Assembly: GCA_050178035.1 (NCBI GenBank)
Contig: JBFXGK010000010.1
Span: 36,396-100,395, forward strand
From: Kiritimatiellia bacterium
GTDB lineage: Bacteria; Verrucomicrobiota; Kiritimatiellia; JAKQHR01
Length of the DNA: 64,000 bases
Reading direction: 5' to 3'
The notes beneath the pieces are model-generated. The model was not told the DNA's origin and ran no database searches. It was given only the letters and a program-made list of their open reading frames with translations. A program made the translations under genes and the position numbers. Positions 1-9,632 of this stretch are shown here, piece after piece; within the stretch, counting starts at the first letter, position 1, and each line of letters starts with the position of its first letter.

Positions 1-946
1 TGAAGCCGCCGTCGCTTTTCTGCACGATGCTGAGCGGCAGCCCTTCGGCATCAAGTTTCACGACGCCGGCGCCTTCGCTTTCCTCGTACAGGCCTTTTTC
101 CTTCAGCAGCGCAATCACGCCGGCCAGCCGGTCGCGGTACCAGCTTTCGCCGCGCTCGAGATCAAAGGAGACCCCCAGACGCTGGAAGGTGCGGTCAAAC
201 TCCTGTTTGCTGAGGCGAATGAATTCCTCCCAGAGGGCAAGGTTCTCGGGGTCGCCGGACTGCAGTTTCACGAGCTCCGCGCGGGCCTGGTCCAGCCACG
301 ATTCGTCTGTCTTGGAGCGCTCATAACTGACGCGATAAACCCGTTCAAGTTCTTCAACCGGGGCATTTTTCAGCGCTTCCTTGTCCAGAAAATGACGATA
401 CCCCATGATGATGATGCCAAACTGTGTGCCCCAGTCGCCAACATGGTTGTCGGCGATGACATCATAGCCCATGAAGCGGTGCAGCCGGTCGAGCGCATTG
501 CCGATCACAGTGGACCGGATGTGGCCAATATGCATGGGCTTGGCGACATTGGGGCTGGAATAATCCATGATCACACGGTGCCCCTGGCCGGGTTTGGGCA
601 CGCCAAGGCGATCGTCCTGCCCCATGGCCATGAGTTGCTGCGCAAGGGCGGTGTCATCCAGATAGAAATTGATGAATCCGGGCCCCGCGATATCCACTTT
701 CGCCACTCCTTCCGGTGGCGGGACGGAACCAACCAGCGCCTTGGCGACTTCCCGGGGGTTCTTTTTCACCCTGGGCGCGAGTTTCATGGCGGCATTCCAC
801 TGAAAATCTCCAAACTGGGGGTTTGCGGTCGGCTGAACCTGCATCTCGGAGGATGCCGTTTCAAGACCCGGAAAGGCTTCCAGAATGCGGGAACCCATCC
901 AATCGGTCAGTCTCCGCTGTAGTGATAACATCTTGTTTTTCATCAT
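1..946 (-). CDS. argS: Arginyl-tRNA synthetase, 5' part (continues beyond the left edge); start at 946, 943 or 931
   Basis: Manual translation of the minus strand gives PNVAKPMHIGHIRSTVIG (HIGH motif), NHVGDWGTQFG and IVQKSDGG. It is absent from the ORF track because its stop lies outside the window. Confidence 0.95.
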   Translation of the reverse strand, partial: MMKNKMLSLQRRLTDWMGSRILEAFPGLETASSEMQVQPTANPQFGDFQWNAAMKLAPRVKKNPREVAKALVGSVPPPEGVAKVDIAGPGFINFYLDDTALAQQLMAMGQDDRLGVPKPGQGHRVIMDYSSPNVAKPMHIGHIRSTVIGNALDRLHRFMGYDVIADNHVGDWGTQFGIIIMGYRHFLDKEALKNAPVEELERVYRVSYERSKTDESWLDQARAELVKLQSGDPENLALWEEFIRLSKQEFDRTFQRLGVSFDLERGESWYRDRLAGVIALLKEKGLYEESEGAGVVKLDAEGLPLSIVQKSDGGF

Positions 947-1133
947 GTTGTGTTTTTTGGCAAATTCTTATGAATTCAGGAGGCGGATTCTACACAACCG
1001 GCCGAAAAAAGGAACAAATAAAAATAGTTGATTTATCCCTTGCATTGGATGGGGGCAGATGTATGCTCGCCTCGGTCAAACGATTTAACGCTTTGATTCG
1101 AGGTACTAACTAAATAAATAAAAGGGGATAATT

Positions 1134-1382
1134 ATGCCTATTATAAAGAAGAAAGCGAGTGCTCCAAAAGCGCCGAAAGCAGTGAAAGTGAAAAAGACCG
1201 CGGCTCCGAAGAAGGCCGAGAAGAAAGTTGCGGCGAAAGCCCGCGTCATCTCGTCCGAGGAACGCTACCAGATGGTCCAGACCGCCGCCTATTACCGGGC
1301 GCAGGCCAATGGTTTCCAGGGCGATCCGCGCCAGCACTGGGCGGAAGCCGAAAAGGAAGTCGCCAAACTGCTGGGCTGCTAA
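1134..1382 (+). CDS. DUF2934-like small protein with Lys/Ala/Pro-rich N-terminus
   Basis: C-terminal ERYQMVQTAAYYRAQANGFQGDPRQHWAEAE matches the DUF2934 pattern; AAGGGGA RBS upstream; terminator downstream. Confidence 0.8.
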   Translation: MPIIKKKASAPKAPKAVKVKKTAAPKKAEKKVAAKARVISSEERYQMVQTAAYYRAQANGFQGDPRQHWAEAEKEVAKLLGC

Positions 1383-1400
1383 TCACAGTTCCGCAAACAC

Positions 1401-1432
1401 GAGCAGCCCCGTTCGCGGGGCTGCTCTTTTTT
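1401..1432 (+). terminator. Rho-independent terminator
   Basis: GAGCAGCCCCG-TTCG-CGGGGCTGCTC followed by T6. Confidence 0.9.
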
Positions 1433-1538
1433 ATGCCCGTCCCCGCACAAAGTTTCTTGTTTTCCCGCTTCCGTTTCTGTATCAACAGCGCATTACGTCA
1501 GTGTGTGAATCATGAGGCCATGTGAAGGAGATGCGTTA

Positions 1539-2444
1539 ATGACAAAAATCCTGATGCCCTGCCTTGTCGCGCTAGCATGCGCGATGTCACCGTTATGCTT
1601 TGCCAGAGAAACTGCCCCGGAAAGCACAAACGATGCCGCTGCTGTTCAGGAGGAAAGCAACGAGGCTGCGGAAACCGCAGCCGATACGGACGACGCCGTG
1701 CTTCGCAACTCCAAGGCCGAAGCCGCCCGGGCCCAGGTTGAAAATACGGAAACCGAAGCCGGGGAAAAACCCGTGCTCCGCAAGGCCAGGAAGGGAAAAA
1801 CCACGGCTGCAGAGACGAAAATCGAAACAGAACCTTCTGACAAGCCGGAGGATGAACTGGACAAGCCCGTGCAGCGCAAGGCGAAGGACGCTGAATCAGC
1901 CACCAGAAAATACGAGACGGGACTCGCACCTTCCTCCACCGGAAGCAAATGGTCCTACACGCTGGGCGCAGGCATCATCATCAGCCCAGACTACAAGGAC
2001 ATGATGGAAATGACCTACGGCGAAGTTGATGCCTCCACCATCGGCTGGGTGGATCTGCAGGCCGGCCTGCGCTGCAAACTTTCCGAAGCCTTCACGCTCA
2101 CGCCGGGTCTCGACCTGCTCGTCAACTATTTCGTCCCCGAAGAGGAAGATACGTTCATCAGCCACATCATCCTTCCGTCACTCGGAATTCAATATGAATT
2201 CCAGAACAACCCGGCCTACTACCTGGGCGCGGACGTCAGCTATCCCCTTGCCGACTCCGGCAGCGACTCGCTCGATCTCTCGGCTTCAGGACCCGGTTTC
2301 AGCGCCTTCCTCGGATATATGACCGAGAAGGAATGGAACATCGAGTTCGGCTACAGCCTTCTCCCGGTCGAAAACGGCTCCGAGGACGATGCCGAGGAAT
2401 ACAATCTGGGCGGCTTCATCCTGAAAGTGAACCGCCGGTTCTAG
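1539..2444 (+). CDS. Exported protein with charged low-complexity N-region and C-terminal outer-membrane beta-barrel-like domain
   Basis: AAGGAG RBS; signal peptide; alternating beta-strand pattern; C-terminal Phe (KVNRRF). Confidence 0.65.
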   Translation: MTKILMPCLVALACAMSPLCFARETAPESTNDAAAVQEESNEAAETAADTDDAVLRNSKAEAARAQVENTETEAGEKPVLRKARKGKTTAAETKIETEPSDKPEDELDKPVQRKAKDAESATRKYETGLAPSSTGSKWSYTLGAGIIISPDYKDMMEMTYGEVDASTIGWVDLQAGLRCKLSEAFTLTPGLDLLVNYFVPEEEDTFISHIILPSLGIQYEFQNNPAYYLGADVSYPLADSGSDSLDLSASGPGFSAFLGYMTEKEWNIEFGYSLLPVENGSEDDAEEYNLGGFILKVNRRF

Positions 2445-2494
2445 AGCCGCGCATATAAAGCCCGTCTCTTTCGGAGTTTGCCGGAAGTTTCAGG

Positions 2495-2580
2495 TGGTGG
2501 TGGGGGATGGATTCGAACCATCGAACTCATAAGAGAACAGATTTACAGTCTGCCGCGTTTAGCCACTTCGCTACCCCACC
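2495..2580 (-). tRNA. tRNA-Tyr(GTA)
   Basis: GGTGGGGTAGCGAAGTGGCTAAACGCGGCAGACTGTAAATCTG...GGTTCGAATCCATCCCCCACCACCA; long variable arm; encoded CCA. Confidence 0.97.
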
Positions 2581-2688
2581 GGCAATGTTCGGGAGAATCT
2601 ACTGATTTTTGCCCGTTTGTCCACCCCCTATTTCAATTGGATTCAGCCCGCTCTTTACTTTGAGGCGGGATCTCTTCATCATACGGGC

Positions 2689-3549
2689 ATGAAGATTGTT
2701 CACTTCAGCGATTTGCATGTCTGGAGGCTTGGACTGGAACTCCATGATGCGTGGTATCCCAAGCGCATGCTGGGCTATGTGAATCTCGCGCTGCGGCGGA
2801 AGTTTAAATATCCGCCCGAACTGGGCCGCGCGGTGGTCGCGGAAATTTTGAAGACCGATGCCGATGCGGTGATCTTCACCGGGGACATGACAACGGCCTC
2901 CCTGCTGGCTGAGTTTGAAGATGCCGCGGAGCTGCTGTCGCCCCTGCTCGAAAAATGGGGAGAACGCTTTGTCGTCCTGCCCGGCAATCACGACCGCTAC
3001 ACCCCCTACACCATTGGACAGAAATTTTTCGAATGTCTTTTCCCCGGTTCCGGCCCGGTGACGCGGACAGACCTCGGCGACCGGTGGAGCATTGTCGCGT
3101 TTGATGCTTCGCGGCCGTTCATGGTTTTTTCAAACGGGGTGATGACCCTGGAACTTGCCGCGCATCTGGCGCAAACCCTTCGCGAAGTTGCGGACACAGG
3201 CCGAAAGTGCATTCTGGCCGGACATTATGCCTACGACAATCCCCCGGGACGCAGCGAAGGTCTGCAGCATCGCCTGCTGGGCGCTCAGCGCCTGATTGAA
3301 GTCATCAACGACTTCAAACCGCCCGTCTATCTGCACGGCCACAAGCATGTGCGCTGGGTTTTCCAGTCGCCGAAAACCCCGGACACCGTCTGCATCAACA
3401 GCGGATCGGCAGGCTTGAAATCAAAAGATCTGCTCAAGCGCGCGGGATTTGTGACCATTGAAGTGGATGATGGCGGCGCGATTCAGAACGTCCTCGCATC
3501 CGCAGCGGCGCCGGATTCAGGCAGCTTCGAAACCCTCGCGCTTTGCTGA
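2689..3549 (+). CDS. Calcineurin-like metallophosphoesterase
   Basis: SDLH, TGDMT, PGNHD and HGHKH motifs. Confidence 0.9.
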   Translation: MKIVHFSDLHVWRLGLELHDAWYPKRMLGYVNLALRRKFKYPPELGRAVVAEILKTDADAVIFTGDMTTASLLAEFEDAAELLSPLLEKWGERFVVLPGNHDRYTPYTIGQKFFECLFPGSGPVTRTDLGDRWSIVAFDASRPFMVFSNGVMTLELAAHLAQTLREVADTGRKCILAGHYAYDNPPGRSEGLQHRLLGAQRLIEVINDFKPPVYLHGHKHVRWVFQSPKTPDTVCINSGSAGLKSKDLLKRAGFVTIEVDDGGAIQNVLASAAAPDSGSFETLALC

Positions 3550-3553
3550 AAAC

Positions 3554-3677
3554 AAAGCGCAGTCGCGGCGCGGCCGCCTTGCCTGCGCACTCCAAAAAGC
3601 GCTGGAATTTATCCAAGAGTTCTTCTGCCGCGAAGCGGCTTTGGAATGCGGCGGGAAGCGAAGCGCCACGCCGCTTT
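3554..3677. repeat. REP-like inverted pair between convergent genes
   Basis: AAAGCG...GCACTCCAAA (3554-3596) faces TTTGGAATGCGGC...CCGCTTT (3640-3677). Confidence 0.5.
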
Positions 3678-3721
3678 TCTTCAGCATCACGGCATTGTCA
3701 GGCGCCCGCGGAGCGGTCGCC

Positions 3722-5224
3722 CTACCTTTGCAGCGAGGCGATGACGGCCCAGGCGTCAGGATTCTTCTTCAGCAGCTCCGAAAAATCGCGGCCGGATTCC
3801 ACGGCATTCTTCAGGCCAGAGGCGGCCGACGTATCGCCCAGCAGAATGCCTCCGGCCATTTTGCCGTCACGGAAAAGGAAGTGCGCGTAGCTGTCGCCTC
3901 TTTCGCCATCCATGCTGATGTAGCTTCCGTCCTCGGGTTCGACTTTTCCAACACTCGTCAGATTGACGCCCAGAACTTTTAGAGTGTTCGCGAAAGGCAA
4001 GCCCCCGAACAGCGCTTCAATGCCGACAGCGTTCATCCCAGCCATGCGGCCCTGATATTGCGACGGGCCCCAGATGCCGTACAACACCCCGTTGTGCTCA
4101 GCCACGTCGCCCGCCGCGTAGATGTCCGGATCGCTGGTGCGCAAATGGTTGTCCACCACAATGCCCTGTTTCACTTCCAGCCCCGCCCTGCGCGCAAGGT
4201 AGGTGTCCGCACGCACGCCGGTGGCCACCAGGACAAGCTGCGCAGGGATTGATCGGCCGCTCTGCAGTTCAACCGCCTCAACCTTCCCGCTTCCTGTGAT
4301 GGCGCGGGTCTGGGCCTTTTTCTCCAGGGCAATTCCAAGCTTGTTTAAATGATCTTCCAGTTTGCCGCCGGCTTTGCGGTTGAGCTGGCGCGGCATCAGC
4401 CAGTCGTGGCCTTCCAGCACGGTCACTTTCAAACCGCGCTGCGCCAGCGCGCCGGCGCATTCCAGACCGAGAATTCCGCCGCCAATCACCACGCACCGCG
4501 GCTTGTCCGCCGAACGCGCAATAATCTCCTCCGCGTCTTTCACCGTCCGCAGCGCAAACACCCCGTCAAGTCCCGTGCCGTCAATAGGCGGGATGAACGG
4601 GTGCGACCCCATGGCAAGGATGAGCTTGTCATAGAATATCTGTCTTCCGCCAGTGAGGGTGAAGAAGCGCTCCTTCGGCGTGATATGATCCACCTTTTCG
4701 CCGCTGAGCAAATCAACGCGGTTCTTCTCATACCAGTCCTTGTCGTGAATCGGCAAAGAGGTGCGGTCAATTTCGCCCGCAAGGAAACGGGTGAGATTAA
4801 GCCGGTAGTACGGGAGCGTGTTTTCGCCGCAAACCAGCGTAATCTTCGCCTTTGGTGACGCATCCCTGACAGCCTCAGCAGCGGAAACCCCGGCAATGCC
4901 CGCGCCGATGATGGCCACATGGATGGTTTTTTCAGATGCGCTCTTCGCTGGCGCGGGCCGCTTCACGGCCTCGAACTCATCCTTCGATGCGCCGCAAAGC
5001 GGGCAGCATTCTGGCGGCACGGAACCTTCATGAATATAACCGCAGACAATGCATCGCCACTGCTTCACCTCCTGCTGCGGGGCTACCGCAGAGGGCGCGG
5101 AATCGTACGGTTCAAAATCCGTGTCGGGTGCGCCGCACAACGGACAATAATCCGGAGGCACAGGCCCCTGGTGGATATAGCCGCACAGGGTGCAGCGCCA
5201 CGCCTTCTGCGGGGCGGCGCTCAT
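3722..5224 (-). CDS. FAD-dependent NAD(P)H oxidoreductase (rubredoxin reductase/NirB-like) with two N-terminal rubredoxin-like domains
   Basis: WRCTLCGY..CPLCG and WRCIVCGY..CPLCG; GAGIAG, GGGILGLE and YAAGDVAE motifs; ATG at 5224 abuts the rubrerythrin stop. Confidence 0.88.
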   Translation of the reverse strand: MSAAPQKAWRCTLCGYIHQGPVPPDYCPLCGAPDTDFEPYDSAPSAVAPQQEVKQWRCIVCGYIHEGSVPPECCPLCGASKDEFEAVKRPAPAKSASEKTIHVAIIGAGIAGVSAAEAVRDASPKAKITLVCGENTLPYYRLNLTRFLAGEIDRTSLPIHDKDWYEKNRVDLLSGEKVDHITPKERFFTLTGGRQIFYDKLILAMGSHPFIPPIDGTGLDGVFALRTVKDAEEIIARSADKPRCVVIGGGILGLECAGALAQRGLKVTVLEGHDWLMPRQLNRKAGGKLEDHLNKLGIALEKKAQTRAITGSGKVEAVELQSGRSIPAQLVLVATGVRADTYLARRAGLEVKQGIVVDNHLRTSDPDIYAAGDVAEHNGVLYGIWGPSQYQGRMAGMNAVGIEALFGGLPFANTLKVLGVNLTSVGKVEPEDGSYISMDGERGDSYAHFLFRDGKMAGGILLGDTSAASGLKNAVESGRDFSELLKKNPDAWAVIASLQR

Positions 5225-5225
5225 G

Positions 5226-5726
5226 TCAGGCGATCTCAATAAATTTTGCGGCCGGGACGCTGCAAATCGGGCACTTCTCCGGAGCCTCGTCATATTCCGT
5301 GTTGCCGCAAACCGGACACACATAGATTTTTCGAGCCGGAAGATCCTTGCCGGCTTTAACGGATTCCAGCGCCTTGTCGTAAAGGTTGTAGTGAATCTCC
5401 TCGACCGCCAGCGCATATTTGAAGGAAATTTCAGCGGGCTTGTTGCCTTCGGCCTGGGCCTGCTTCAAATAGGGCGGGTACATTTTCTGAAACTCAAAGC
5501 CTTCACCCTCGATCGCAGACTGCAGATTTGCAACCGTATCCTTGATGCCCCCCATTGCGCGCAGATGCGCGTGGGCATGGACAGTCTCGGCTTCAGCGGC
5601 TGCGCGGAAAAGTTTTGCGACCTGCGCAAATCCGTCGGCTTCGGCTTTCTTTGCGAAGGCGAGATACTTGCGGTTGGCCTGGCTCTCGCCGGCGAATGCG
5701 TCTTTCAGATTATCAATCGTTGCCAT
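5226..5726 (-). CDS. rbr: Rubrerythrin
   Basis: AFAGESQANRKY, EAETVHA, EEIH and C-terminal CPVCG..CPIC. Confidence 0.93.
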   Translation of the reverse strand: MATIDNLKDAFAGESQANRKYLAFAKKAEADGFAQVAKLFRAAAEAETVHAHAHLRAMGGIKDTVANLQSAIEGEGFEFQKMYPPYLKQAQAEGNKPAEISFKYALAVEEIHYNLYDKALESVKAGKDLPARKIYVCPVCGNTEYDEAPEKCPICSVPAAKFIEIA

Positions 5727-5799
5727 GCTTTTTCTCCTTTTAGTTGATGGACGGAATCTAGCGAATACAGCCCGGAATCTCAAGATTGCCGGATAAAAA

Positions 5800-6306
5800 T
5801 CAGCGCTTGTGACCGTGAGCCTCTTCGGCGTGTATCGCGGCATCTTCGCCAAGATAAGAGGATTTGAATTTCCCGATCAGGTCGCGAAGGGCAGCGCAGG
5901 TCTCAACGCTGGTGGTCTGTTTTGACTTCATGGACTGGACAATGATTCCGTGCAGGAGGGTCAGCTCTTTGACATATTTCTTGTAGGCCTCGCTATTGTC
6001 CTCGCTCACCGGCTTGATGCGCTGGGCCAGAAAATAATCGTTGGCGATTTCCGTGAGAAATCCCGCGTGCTGTTCCTTGTTGTTCACCCAGCGCACAATC
6101 TGGTTCCAGTCAGGCTTGGTTTCCTTTGAAAGCTGGTCAATCAGGGTCATGGATTTCTCAATGGTTTGAACATGTTCCAGCATCATGTCGAAGCGCATGG
6201 AATCCTCAAAAATCCCGCAGGGTATCTGGCAGTGAGCTTCGGCCCACCGTGGCGCGGCCATAAGGGCAATCGCAACTGCAATACTCCTCACAAATATTTT
6301 CTTCAT
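5800..6306 (-). CDS. sodN: Nickel superoxide dismutase precursor with signal peptide
   Basis: Ni-hook HCQIPCGIF directly after AEA; NQIVRWVNNKEQHA. Confidence 0.9.
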   Translation of the reverse strand: MKKIFVRSIAVAIALMAAPRWAEAHCQIPCGIFEDSMRFDMMLEHVQTIEKSMTLIDQLSKETKPDWNQIVRWVNNKEQHAGFLTEIANDYFLAQRIKPVSEDNSEAYKKYVKELTLLHGIIVQSMKSKQTTSVETCAALRDLIGKFKSSYLGEDAAIHAEEAHGHKR

Positions 6307-6429
6307 ATTCAGTCTCCTTCCGTTCAGACCGGCATAATACCCTGTTTTATGCCGTTCGGCAAATGCGGAGCTGAAAAAACACTTCTGGCTGCTTGTGCCG
6401 GAGACAAAAAGCGGGCATTCTGCCGCCAA

Positions 6430-6906
6430 ATGAAAAGAATCTGGATACTTCCGGCGCTGGTTCTGCTGACTGGCTGTTCGCTTCGGACGGCCCGCGCAGA
6501 ATCTGTGCGCCTTCCGCGCAAGACGCCCGACCGGGAAATCACCATGCGCGTCACCGGCTACTGCCCCTGCGGCGAATGCTGCAACTGGAAGAGAAACTGG
6601 CTGTTCCGTCCGGTCATCGCGTCCGGACCGAACAAGGGGAAACACAAGAAAGTGGGTTGCACCGCAAGCGGGAAAATGGCCGGGCGGGGAACGATTGCCG
6701 CCGATGCACGCCTCTTCCCGTTTGGCACCATCATGTATGTTCCCGGTTACGGATACGGGATTGTCGAGGACCGGGGCAGCGCCATCAAGGGGCATCACAT
6801 AGACCTCTTTTATAGAAGTCATTTGACGGCCAAAAAATGGGGCAACAGAAAGCTCCGCGTAAAGGTCTGGTATCCGCCTCGAAAGGCAATTCCGGCACGC
6901 CGCTAA
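6430..6906 (+). CDS. 3D-domain lipoprotein (cell-wall lytic/remodelling family)
   Basis: Lipobox LTGC; TGYC, TASG, TIAAD, EDRGSAIKGHHIDLF. Confidence 0.85.
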   Translation: MKRIWILPALVLLTGCSLRTARAESVRLPRKTPDREITMRVTGYCPCGECCNWKRNWLFRPVIASGPNKGKHKKVGCTASGKMAGRGTIAADARLFPFGTIMYVPGYGYGIVEDRGSAIKGHHIDLFYRSHLTAKKWGNRKLRVKVWYPPRKAIPARR

Positions 6907-7889
6907 ACAGCGTCCAGGATTTCCTGGCGCTGCCGATTCAGGTCATGGATTTCTTTTCGCCAGAACGATTCAGTTCCCCACTCCGGCGACATGCGCGCGA
7001 ATCCGCCATCCGCCTTCTGTCTTGCGCACCACGCGGTGAAGTGCAGGAACCGCATCGCCCGCAGCGGTTCAATCAACCGCAGGGTTGACCGGTCAAAATT
7101 TCGGAAGGTTTCATAACCTTCAAGCAGAAGGTCTAATTCAACAGAAGAATGTTTCAGGTGCCCGGGCAGAAGCATCCAGACATCCTGCACGGGCGGCCCA
7201 AGCGCCATGTCATCAAAGTCTATCAGCCACAGGGGTTCATCCGGCCGGTGAAGAATATTAAGCCGGTGGGCATCGCCGTGGATGCGGATTTTTTCAACGC
7301 CTTCAAAAAGCGGCGCAATCAGGTCCAGCACTGCGCTGGCCGATTCCTCGTAATTCTTCCGAAGCTGACGGGGCACGGCATCCGCATCGAGGATGAACTG
7401 AAGATGCTGCGTCGCCGACTGTCGCGGCCCGATTTCAATCCGGTCGCGCGGCGGATGTTCCGCGCCCACTGAATGCACACGGGCCAGCAGTCGTCCGAGT
7501 TCAAGCCACTGCGCATCGTTTGGCTCATCCAGCGGCCGTCCGCCTCGCTTTGGGAAAATCGCAAAATAGGTTCCGTGATATTCCTGAAGCGGCGCGCCGT
7601 TTGCGCCGCGCAAAGGCGCAATCACCGGAATTTCCTGCGTGCAGAGCTCCATGAGGAAATCCTGTTCATCCTGGAGCGCATCACGGCTCCAGCGGTTCGG
7701 GCGGTAAAACTTCACCACCACCCAGGAACCGTCATCCAGTTCCACATCATAAACCCGGTTGATGTAGCTCGTGAGCGGGCGGCACATGTTTGTGCTTCGC
7801 TTCCCGAGCGCGGTCTCAACCAGGTGCAGCACGGTGTCCGGCGTCAGATGCGAAAAATCCGGCAGCGCATTCTGGTTCTGGTTTGGCAT
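6903..7889 (-). CDS. srkA: SrkA/RdoA-family Ser/Thr kinase
   Basis: SYINRVY, KFYRPNRWS, RIHGDAHRLNIL, IDFDD, IEPLRAMR. Confidence 0.88.
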   Translation of the reverse strand: MPNQNQNALPDFSHLTPDTVLHLVETALGKRSTNMCRPLTSYINRVYDVELDDGSWVVVKFYRPNRWSRDALQDEQDFLMELCTQEIPVIAPLRGANGAPLQEYHGTYFAIFPKRGGRPLDEPNDAQWLELGRLLARVHSVGAEHPPRDRIEIGPRQSATQHLQFILDADAVPRQLRKNYEESASAVLDLIAPLFEGVEKIRIHGDAHRLNILHRPDEPLWLIDFDDMALGPPVQDVWMLLPGHLKHSSVELDLLLEGYETFRNFDRSTLRLIEPLRAMRFLHFTAWCARQKADGGFARMSPEWGTESFWRKEIHDLNRQRQEILDAV

Positions 7890-8040
7890 GGCGGAGACTA
7901 TATCCGTCACTGGCCGGCAAAGCAACTGAGACCTGTATTTCGGACAGAGAATGGGGTATACTATAAGTGGGAAAGGAGGTGGGTCATGGTATTCGTCAGA
8001 AACAACGGATTCTGGGAGACAGAGATGAAGGAGGCCGATA

Positions 8041-8304
8041 ATGAACCTCCTCCTTTACATGTTTTATCCTCTCGTTGGGGTCGTCGAGTGGTATCTGGCC
8101 TTAAGAAGAACCTTGGCCTGCGTCCGGAGGGAGCGGTCGGTCCTTGTTTCGATTGTATTTATCGAAAATTTGCTGGGATTGGCGGTTTTGCAGAATTTTA
8201 TAACCTCCGGTAACTGGCTCATCGCCGTATTCTATTCTATGGGCGCCGCCCTTGGAGCCCTCTTGAGCCTCCGTATCGCCTCCAGTGATCCGTCAAAATC
8301 TTGA
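8041..8304 (+). CDS. Small membrane protein (about 3 TM, DUF2179/DUF5698-like)
   Basis: AAGGAGG RBS; hydrophobic helices; YSMGAALG motif. Confidence 0.6.
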   Translation: MNLLLYMFYPLVGVVEWYLALRRTLACVRRERSVLVSIVFIENLLGLAVLQNFITSGNWLIAVFYSMGAALGALLSLRIASSDPSKS

Positions 8305-8363
8305 GGCGCGGAACGCCACGATCTGTTCAACTTGATGAAAATATTCCCGTACGGGCTGAAAAT

Positions 8364-8410
8364 GAGCCGTTTTAAGCGTTTTTGGCTGTTTTTGAGCATT
8401 TATTGAGCAT
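8364..8410. repeat. Phased T-tract array A (about 4 tracts, 10-bp period)
   Basis: gagccgttttaagcgtttttggctgtttttgagcatttattgagcat. Confidence 0.75.
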
Positions 8411-8512
8411 GATGATAAGAACTGCTTTTGTGTCTGCAATAATTGTACCGCCGCAATTTCGACACGATTGAAGACTAAATTCTGTCACGTCCGGGAATTC
8501 AGTATTTCAAAA

Positions 8513-9586
8513 TTAAAGAAGCTTTTGGGAAATCTTCCACCAATAATAGTAGGCTTCCGGCGATCCGGCCCTCAGTTTGTTCAGCGGCGCATATTCGTTC
8601 TGCATTGGCGTCTTGACCATTTCCGGAAGCTCTTCGGGGTTATATCGGAGAAATGGTATCTTGTCATTTTCGAAGCCGATGGCGCTTGCAAGCCATGCCG
8701 CTTTTGCCGCGCAGGTTTTTGCTTCATCCCTTGAGAAATGCCGGCCGACAATATGGCTGTCCAGCTGGTGGACACCTGTTTCCAATGTCCGGACATTTTC
8801 CGATACGGGGCAACCTTTCAACCCGATCAGGCTGATCATACGGGCGGCCTCAATCGTGTCGTCGAGTATCTGCTCACGGCTAAAGGCGCTGTTCCGGTAT
8901 GAATTTTCCGCTTTCCAAATGTTTTCGTATGCGACGAGCAGCTCGCTCATGTTCCTGCAATGGTCAAACAGAATGCCGATATCTGCACAATGCTTGAGAA
9001 TTTTAAGTGCCGCACCCCTTGCTGAGTACCGAACCCCTATGGTTCCGGGCGCAAATGCCGTCAGTTTGTCGGCGGTCAGACATTCGATGGTCGGAATTTC
9101 CACATCAAACTGGTTTTCAGGAATGGCGAACGGAGCGGCAACCGGTTTGGTTATGGTTTTCGGATAAAGATTTGCCTCTTCCATCACATCCAGCAGAATG
9201 TCGGCGGTTTTGCCATTCACGGCCGAGGTGTAGCTGAATTTGTAGTGGGAGCGTTTCGGCAGGCGGTCCGGACCGCGCGGATCGGGTTCAAAGTTTTCAA
9301 ACCGGCTTTCTTCGCTGATGGCCCGCAGAACCGATTCCATTTCCGCGACCGGAACGGCGCAGACAATATCAACATCTATGGAAAGGCGGCGGATTTCTTC
9401 AAGAAGCAATACCATGCAGGTGCCGCCCTTGAATACAAATGGGAGTTTGCGCCTCACAAGATGGCCAACCAGTTCCAGTGCATAAATGCTCTTCTCCAGA
9501 AGGCCGGGATCAACCCGCCGCATGTGCTTGCGCTGTTCGGCCAGCCACTCTTTCGAAAAACATCTTTCCTGCAATGTATTCATCAT
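8513..9586 (-). CDS. AbiEii-family nucleotidyltransferase toxin (type IV TA); start at 9586, 9583 or 9604
   Basis: LLEKSIYAL, FVFKGGT, RRLSIDVD and DKLTAF motifs of AbiEii/DUF1814-type nucleotidyltransferases. Confidence 0.88.
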   Translation of the reverse strand: MMNTLQERCFSKEWLAEQRKHMRRVDPGLLEKSIYALELVGHLVRRKLPFVFKGGTCMVLLLEEIRRLSIDVDIVCAVPVAEMESVLRAISEESRFENFEPDPRGPDRLPKRSHYKFSYTSAVNGKTADILLDVMEEANLYPKTITKPVAAPFAIPENQFDVEIPTIECLTADKLTAFAPGTIGVRYSARGAALKILKHCADIGILFDHCRNMSELLVAYENIWKAENSYRNSAFSREQILDDTIEAARMISLIGLKGCPVSENVRTLETGVHQLDSHIVGRHFSRDEAKTCAAKAAWLASAIGFENDKIPFLRYNPEELPEMVKTPMQNEYAPLNKLRAGSPEAYYYWWKISQKLL

Positions 9587-9632
9587 TTCTTCCGGATAAT
9601 CCACTATCGGCGCTATTTTGAAAAAAGCGCCC

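Noticed and set aside
2478-2663. Small ORFs overlapping tRNA-Tyr and tRNA-Phe (also 14037-14384)
   Set aside because: They are translations of tRNA sequence.
5800-6822. 340-aa ORF as full-length sodN, and similar over-long starts at 5416, 5852, 33291, 46476 and 47410
   Set aside because: The extensions overlap neighbouring real genes; downstream ATGs match the family N-termini.
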